Assembly: GCA_012295275.1 (NCBI GenBank)
Contig: CM022671.1
Coordinates: forward strand, 14,384,001-14,448,000
DNA: 64,000 nt
From: Chrysomallon squamiferum
Lineage: Eukaryota; Animalia; Mollusca
Reading direction: 5' to 3'
In this document: positions 57,162 to 64,000 of the stretch, piece by piece
How positions within the stretch are numbered: the first letter of the stretch is position 1
Layout: the number at the start of each line of letters is the position of its first letter
Notes under the pieces: model-generated
Told to the model about the DNA's origin: nothing
The model's database searches: none
Seen by the model: only the letters and a program-made list of their open reading frames with translations
Position numbers and translations under genes: made by a program

Positions 57162-57781
57162 AAATAATAATTATTGTTCTTTTTGAAAAAATATATTAAT
57201 AAAATTACAATATATTATTTTAATTCCAGACACTGACAGATGTTATTGTATTTTCAGTACAGTCATTATGAGTCTTGTCAACTGGCATCAAATTGGTGCA
57301 GATCAGTTATCTACCTTCACACTCAAATTGGTGTCAGTGACAAAACAGATTAAATCTTTTAACTCCTGCAACTCCTTGAATACCTAAATACATTCCTCAG
57401 TACACAGATCATCCCAGACACACCAGTCAGTGAGAGTGTGTGAATTAAATACTCAATACATCAATCCATCCATCCAACAATACACATGTGAACAGGTTGT
57501 GTGTACCAGTGACATCACTGTTGTGTATTCCTTAATCAGTTTACTTCATTTGTCATGATGGTTCTAATACACAAGAGTAAATAATGTTACTTATCAGAAG
57601 AAACTCACCCCTGGTTTTTTGAAGAAATCAAGAGTAAATTATTATATAACAGAAACAATAAATACCTAATATGTTGTATTGTTTCTGCTTTTGTACTCTG
57701 GCATGTAATTGGTGCAGAACTGATTTGACCAGCAACAACTAGATACCAGAACAAACACAGCATTAGTATAGTTCTATATGT

Positions 57782-57820
<39 letters not shown>

Positions 57821-60452
57821 TTTATCAATTTGTATTCTTCTAATGTAATTACACTAGAAGAAGTGTGTGTGGATAATTACCTACTATGTTTAACTGCCAT
57901 TATCCTAATACTTTTTGTCTAATACTTATTTGATACAAAACACAAGCAATTTATTTTTAAAAAAAATTAATATTCTCTAGGGAACAGGAAATGAGTATTA
58001 ATTTAAACTAGGCTTAGGAATGTGGGGTCTGCAGGCTAATGCAAAGTGTTAATTGGTCCTTTGATGTGGGAGCCAGTTGTTTCCAACTGGCCTTTGTTAC
58101 AAATGCTTGTGATTCACACATACCTTGTATTTGACTGTATATATCTGTATTTAGTAAAATGCGTGTATGTGTGGATCACAAGCTGTTCTAACATTTTATG
58201 TTTTTATTAACTGATTTTGTTAACAGCTATTTGTAATTTATAATATCAAGATGGAGATGTTAGAAATAAAATAGTGGATGTTTCACACATTTAGTACGAC
58301 CAATTCTTAATTTAAAGAAAATATATAAATAAATAAAATATAATTGTTCAGCTGAATTTCTGATATGATTTAGAATATCTAACATTCAGGAATCTAATTC
58401 ATATGCAGAATAATAATAACAATAATAATAATAATAATAATAACAGACTCTAAGAAGCAATTAAAAATATTTCAGCAGAATGTAAATTAAAACTTACCTA
58501 TCTGAATGTAGACATCATTGTTGTTGTTGGGGTTTTTTTATATAGAAGAGGACATTTATCTTATATAAATGTTCAGAATATAAAACAGCAAATTACTCAG
58601 TGTTATATCTTGGTGATGTCCAACTGATCTGAATTCTCACAGGTACCAGAATGAAGATTAACCATCACAGTGGCCCCTAACATACAACAAAGCAACCTGC
58701 CACTCTTTAACTCCATCCGTAATGATTGGTTCTTAAATTTGTTCTTTGCCATTTGATTGGCTAGATTTGATGCAGGTCCACAATGAACCACCCACCTCCA
58801 GTTTGATTGGTTCCTTGTGTTTATGTAGCTAAGTGTCTGCTCTGTGTATTACTGTGATTTACCTGAGTCCTAATAGGGTATTTACTTAGCTTGTCTGTAA
58901 TCACCCGCCTGCTTGACATCTTGTATTAATTAGTCATCCGTGTATTTTCAGCAATTTGTGTTTTGTTCAGCATTTGTCATTTCACAGAAGCTGACAATAG
59001 CCAGTGTTGTGGCATTTGGCACTTCTTAAGATCATTTTGGCTACTTGCTAAATAAATGTTTTGCTTTTAAATTTTGGTCTCAAAAACAAATTGAGTAGTT
59101 TTAATATTAAAAATGGCACAAAAGTAATGTGTTCTTAATAAATTTGTTTTTTAAAAAAGAATATATTACTGTACTTCCATTTTTTTAAATGAAAAATATA
59201 TATTTAATTAAGTGACTTAAATAATTTATTTTTCAAAATGAAAACATTTTGTATTCTAATTAGTTTTTTAGTTTTTACCTGGGATGCTTGTTATCCAGTG
59301 TCTGTTTTGCTGTACATTTTTACAAAAATAACTAAAAGTATCAAACAATATATGTTAATTTTTAGACATCACTGATGCTGGGAGTTTTGCAGGAAATAAA
59401 TAAAGGCAGACCAGTTATAATTTTAAATATAAGAAATATTTTAAAGGATAATTTTAATCGTAATGAAGACTTACTTAAGGTTTTTAAATTATTATTTTAG
59501 GTAACAGATTATGATATTTGCAAAAGTATTCCATCTGAAAATATGGTCTGTTATAAAAGTATGGGTATGTATGTAATGTACATACACTGATGGAAAAATC
59601 CTGTTTATTTCTAAATTATTATTTTATTTAATTCTCAGAGATATAAAATAGTGTGTGTGGATAATGCTTGAAGGCTGAGTAAGTTGGAGAATGTATTGTT
59701 GTACTCAGAAACAAAAGAACCCCTGTCATTTGGAGGTAGACAGAAATGTATTAAAACTGCTTGTCACTTTAAAAACAAAATGTTGTTCATTGTTTTTCTT
59801 TCTTATTATATCTCTCTTACAATGAAAAAAAAAAAAAAAATCCCTTTATTTGTATGTATTTTTTTTCTTCTGTGTAACTGATCTTTTAGTTGAATGATTA
59901 TTTTTATATTTATATTTTACATTATTTTGAAGGTGCAATGACCTCTCTTTCAACACAGACTTTATTTTTCTATGCAACTATAGATAGGTGTTACCTAGGC
60001 ATTTTCATATTTATCTTTGGATTTAAAAGATTATATAAACTGGTAGCCATTTTCCATATAACACCTGTAGCAGACTTTAAAATGATCCAAGTCTTTCACA
60101 GAATTCAAAGTTCAGAATAACATATTAGTAATTGAGATCAATTTGTAAAAAATATATAAACAGAACATTCTAAGATTACTGCAGTTCATGAGAAATAAAT
60201 TCCCATTTACATTGTAATCTTCAATGAAATATTAATTTATTCTCCTTGTGGCCATTTGTAATTAGATTTTATTGTCTCTTTTTATACTTTTAATTGATGA
60301 AAATATTAAAAATTTATAAACTATTAAACTATGTGTTAATTTACTGTTTAATCAAAAAATAAGTATTCCTAATGCTTAGATATTAAAACCAGCTGTTTTG
60401 ATTAGTTATATCAATTTATAGCTACAGCATAAATATTTATCTTATTATTATA

Positions 60453-60500
<48 letters not shown>

Positions 60501-62026
60501 ATCCACTGAAGAATTTATTTAATACTGATGAAAAAAAAATTGTTTCACCTGTTATTTGTGTCATTTTAATTATTAAAGAGACATATGTTTCCACATACAT
60601 GTTATTATACTCATGTTAAAGCAGCTAATCTAAGTAGGGGAAAATAAATGAATAACCTTTAACAGATGGTCAAGACTATGTAAATAACAGTTTTCTGGAT
60701 TTCTTTTTTCTTGCCATGATGAATTAGTACAGATTTAGCTGTGCGATATTCAACATATTTGTAGTTTGTTATTTCTTTGTTTATTATGCTGTATCAATTA
60801 TTCCCTGCTATTAATTGTAGAAATATAATTTTAATAAGACACTGAAATGTACAAAATTCAATCCTAAGTGCATGTAACTTTTGTTTTAAAATGTTTTTCA
60901 GTTCTGTGTGTTTTATTTTCTTTCCTCCATTCACTCTAATCAATTTTAATAGAATTCATACATATTTTTTTTTAATTTTAAAGTAAAACTAATTAATGTA
61001 TCATCTGAGTTTCTCAATAGATATTTTTTTGCATGACAAGTTGTTCTTCAAGCTTATTAATTTTTTTAATTATTCTTTTTGTTTTTAATTAAAAATTACA
61101 GATACTTCAGCAAATCAGAACTGCATGAGTTATTTATTTTGGACAACCCAAGATTTTCAACAACACAGGAACAGTTGCAGCAAATGCATTGCAATCAGCG
61201 CAAATCTGATGTTAGTCTAGATGATCACATAGCATTTCTACATTCTCTGGGTGAGTTGTCCTGATAATTAGTTGTGAATTACCTGCATACCTTCATTAAA
61301 TATTAATTCTGCTGATACCTACCCCAAAGCCTCACCCACCCACACACAATCACACACACAACACACGTACAAATATACAGACACACAGACAAACAAAACA
61401 CATAAACATACACCCATCCACAGACACAGGTGAAATTATATATTTCTTTTTATGTGAATATGTTTTTATTGTAATATATATATATATATATATATATATT
61501 TTCATATTTCTTTCTTTTTTTTCTTTTTTTAAATTAGACTATCTTTATTTCCTGTTACAATTTAAGAAAGAAGTGGGGTTTTTTGTATTTTTTAATTATT
61601 ATTGTCTTTCATCTGTTCTCCAGGTATCCTGTTGTATTTCTAGTGATTAATAAGTAATTGAAAATTTGCATTGCCTCTACTTTGCTAATTGTCGTTGTTC
61701 AGGTCCAGACCAATCAAGGCTAAGCTTAATGGGTGTAATACAATGGCTGCTTGACATCAAAGACTGCTGTGCTAATTACACCAGAGTATTGTTTTATTGG
61801 GTCAAGGTGACACCTTGTAAACAAAACAATAACACTGGTGTTTATTAAAGACATGAATTCTGCTAGATAATTTAAATTTACAAATGAATTGGAAGTGAAA
61901 ACCACCTTTGTTTGTAATTGTGTTAGTAGTGCTATTTATTTTTTTATATATCTCACTAAAGCTACCATTTATGAGAAAATATTTATTTATTTATTTATTT
62001 GGGTTCTTTAATACTTAAAAAAAAAA

Positions 62027-62098
<72 letters not shown>

Positions 62099-62844
62099 TA
62101 ATAATAATAAATAGAATAATAATAAAAATAATAAAATAAATAAATAAATGTATAATCTATTGATTTAATAAAATAATAATATAAAGACATAAAAGGTAAT
62201 AACAGCACAACTCTCCCAGCTAAAGAATAAAAGATATACATATATATTATTTATTTAAAATACTAATTCCAGTTTCAAATATTTTAAAAATCTCTATTAT
62301 ACTTGTTAAAGGCTAAAAATTATAATTTTGAAAAAAAAAATTAAAACAAAATAAAAAGAATAAAATTAAAAAATAAATAATAACATGTAATAAAGAAAAC
62401 TTAAAACCCTTCAACTTTGGAAGTGTGTTTTGTATTGCTCAGTACAATCTTGTTTACTGATATTTGTCACCTCCTCTCACCCTTTGTTTCATTTTGTCCA
62501 GACTTTATCTGGTCAGCATTGGCCATGTTATTCTCTAAGCACTGATTAAACATGGACTGTTGATGTTTCTTATTAGCAGATTAGTGTTAATAAGCATGGC
62601 TTTTGTTCAAAGATTATTCAGGCTTTTGAGTTTGACTTTTGGACACCTTGCAAAGTATAATGGAAATGTTTTGCTTTGGATTATATACTAATAAATAAAT
62701 AAAGTGGGATGAAAATATTTTGTTTTGCATCATTTTCTGATGGAATAGTTTTGTTATGTGGCCAGAGTTTCCAAGTTACAAAATACTGACTGTTAAATAT
62801 TACAAAAGGATGTAAAATATTTGTTTTTTAATAACTATAAAATA

Positions 62845-62932
<88 letters not shown>

Positions 62933-64000
62933 CAACAACAAAAGGTTAAATGAAAAGAACAAATTTCATTAAACAAACCATAAGACTTTTGCTAGTGAGC
63001 CTTTGACCTTCATTTCTCATATAAAATATATACATAAACATGTTGCAGCTATAAATATTCATTTTTTTTTTTATTGAAGTTGTTGTTGTTGTTGTTATTA
63101 TTTATTATTTTTTTTTTTTTTTTTTTTTTTTACCATGTATTGTTATTCATGTTAAGGAATAAACTATAGGTTGCCATTGTTTGGTCACTGTATGTGTGAA
63201 TCATGATCAGATATTTTAGACAGCCTGGTACAGATTAGATGTAAGATATTTTAGATGGTTTAAATATTTCCCGTTAAACCATGTATACAGAAGATTTTAC
63301 TTATTCAAATTCAGGAATATCAGTATTGTAAATCTTATTTTCAATTTGAAAGATAGGCTTTATTTATATATTACTATTTTCTTCAATAACCTGTTTCAGA
63401 TATTTTTGGTATAAGTGACCATGATCTGATGTTTACAAAGGAAGCTGAGGCAGACGAGGTTGTGGAAGACAGTGAACACACGGAAAGCACTGACTACATT
63501 CAAAACAGAGTTGGTCCTCCTACACTTACATCTATTAGTGATAATTCAATTTTTGTTTAATTTTGTCAAGCCCTTACAATTTCATAACTGCTCTTTGATT
63601 TAATCTCTGTAGTTATAGTTTGGTTGTTTGTTACTGTGAAAAGTATTATGGATTTAATATTTAAATAAAGATATTTCCAAAATGACACACACACACACAC
63701 ACACACACATGCACACGCACACACTGCTGGCGTTTTTAAAATCTGTTTTGAAAACAATATATTATAATTTTTTTTTTATTATTCATGGATTTAATTATCT
63801 TTGAAATTATTTGGTTTTATGTTCTTTGGCCATTTTGAATTTAATATTCTTTGTTTTTCTGTGAAACTTTTGCAAATACTTTCTAATGAGACAAATTATG
63901 ATTCAGGTGCTAAAAGCTCAGGAACTTCTGCAGCTGGAGTCTAACGTCCCAGCAACCCGGGAAGAACGATTGGGCTCACTTCCAAAGATTTATGGTGAAG
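48286..64000 (+). CDS. ERCC6L: ERCC6-like/PICH SNF2 DNA translocase, 3' part beyond the window; exons 48286-48361, 48707-48966, 49275-49468, 49752-49877, 50090-50255, 50508-50633, 50750-50842, 51194-51360, 51914-52019, 52466-52584, 53008-53221, 53585-53698, 53895-53943, 54094-54283, 61102-61250, 63400-63509, 63907->
   Basis: N-terminal TPR-like helix pair; [93 protein letters not shown]; PICH-type NPYRYFSKSELHELF and GISDHDLMF. Confidence 0.95.
54450..57752 (-). ncRNA. Candidate cluster of ~13 pre-miRNA-like hairpins antisense to the ERCC6L intron (54450-54512, 54778-54840, 55033-55097, 55149-55195, 55249-55306, 55374-55435, 55500-55560, 55639-55700, 56089-56158, 56438-56503, 56866-56923, 57276-57342, 57696-57752)
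   Basis: Each is a ~60-nt imperfect inverted repeat with a ~22-bp stem. One arm is conserved and the other varies while keeping pairing. Most copies gain G-U pairs on the minus strand. Folded by hand only. Confidence 0.7.
55249..55620. repeat. Three near-identical 126-bp tandem units, each carrying one hairpin
   Basis: CCTAGCAACAGCAAGTGCTTGTGTTAATTTCCAACATGCACAC recurs at 55250, 55376 and 55502 (period 126) with conserved flanks. Confidence 0.92.
57783..57820. repeat. (GATA)n microsatellite
   Basis: Direct reading. Confidence 0.95.
58490..58815 (-). promoter_or_regulatory. Putative antisense Pol II promoter and first exon for the hairpin cluster
   Basis: Three minus-strand CCAAT boxes (GATTGG on + at ~58724, 58755, 58805), TATATAAG on minus at ~58560-58567, and a perfect minus-strand donor AG|GTAAGT at ~58492-58499. 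Confidence 0.4.

Noticed and set aside
54450-57752. CRISPR-like repeat/spacer reading of the CCTAGCA...AAGTGCT repeats
   Set aside because: Eukaryotic intron, irregular spacing, duplicated rather than unique spacers, and no cas genes.
54450-57752. H/ACA or C/D snoRNA array
   Set aside because: No consistent paired-hairpin plus H/ACA boxes or C/D boxes, and stems lack pseudouridylation pockets. Not excluded computationally.

Overview
AT-rich, intron-containing animal genomic DNA. Gene content and repeat style suggest a mollusc or other lophotrochozoan (inference). I assembled the spliced genes by hand from GT-AG signals: RWDD4 (+), two tandem TMEM97/sigma-2 receptor paralogues (-), DERL2 (+, with a U12-type intron), UBE2L3 (+), four secreted Kazal-like genes, a secreted Frizzled-CRD-only gene, an apparently catalytically dead chitin-deacetylase-like gene, and ERCC6L/PICH (+, running off the right end). 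Between 12 and 19 kb lie an RTE-type LINE relic, a gag/ORF1-only LINE-like element and an island of decayed, intron-poor ORFs of unknown, possibly viral, origin. The most striking unexplained structure is inside the 6.8-kb ERCC6L intron (54284-61101). It holds about 13 related ~60-nt hairpins (54450-57752) that mostly fold best on the antisense strand and share a 3' arm beginning (U/A)AGCACU or CUGCACCAAU. Nearby are antisense CCAAT/TATA-like and splice-donor signals. Together these point to a candidate lineage-specific polycistronic microRNA cluster that is still amplifying. All identifications come from motif recognition; no database search or folding program was run.
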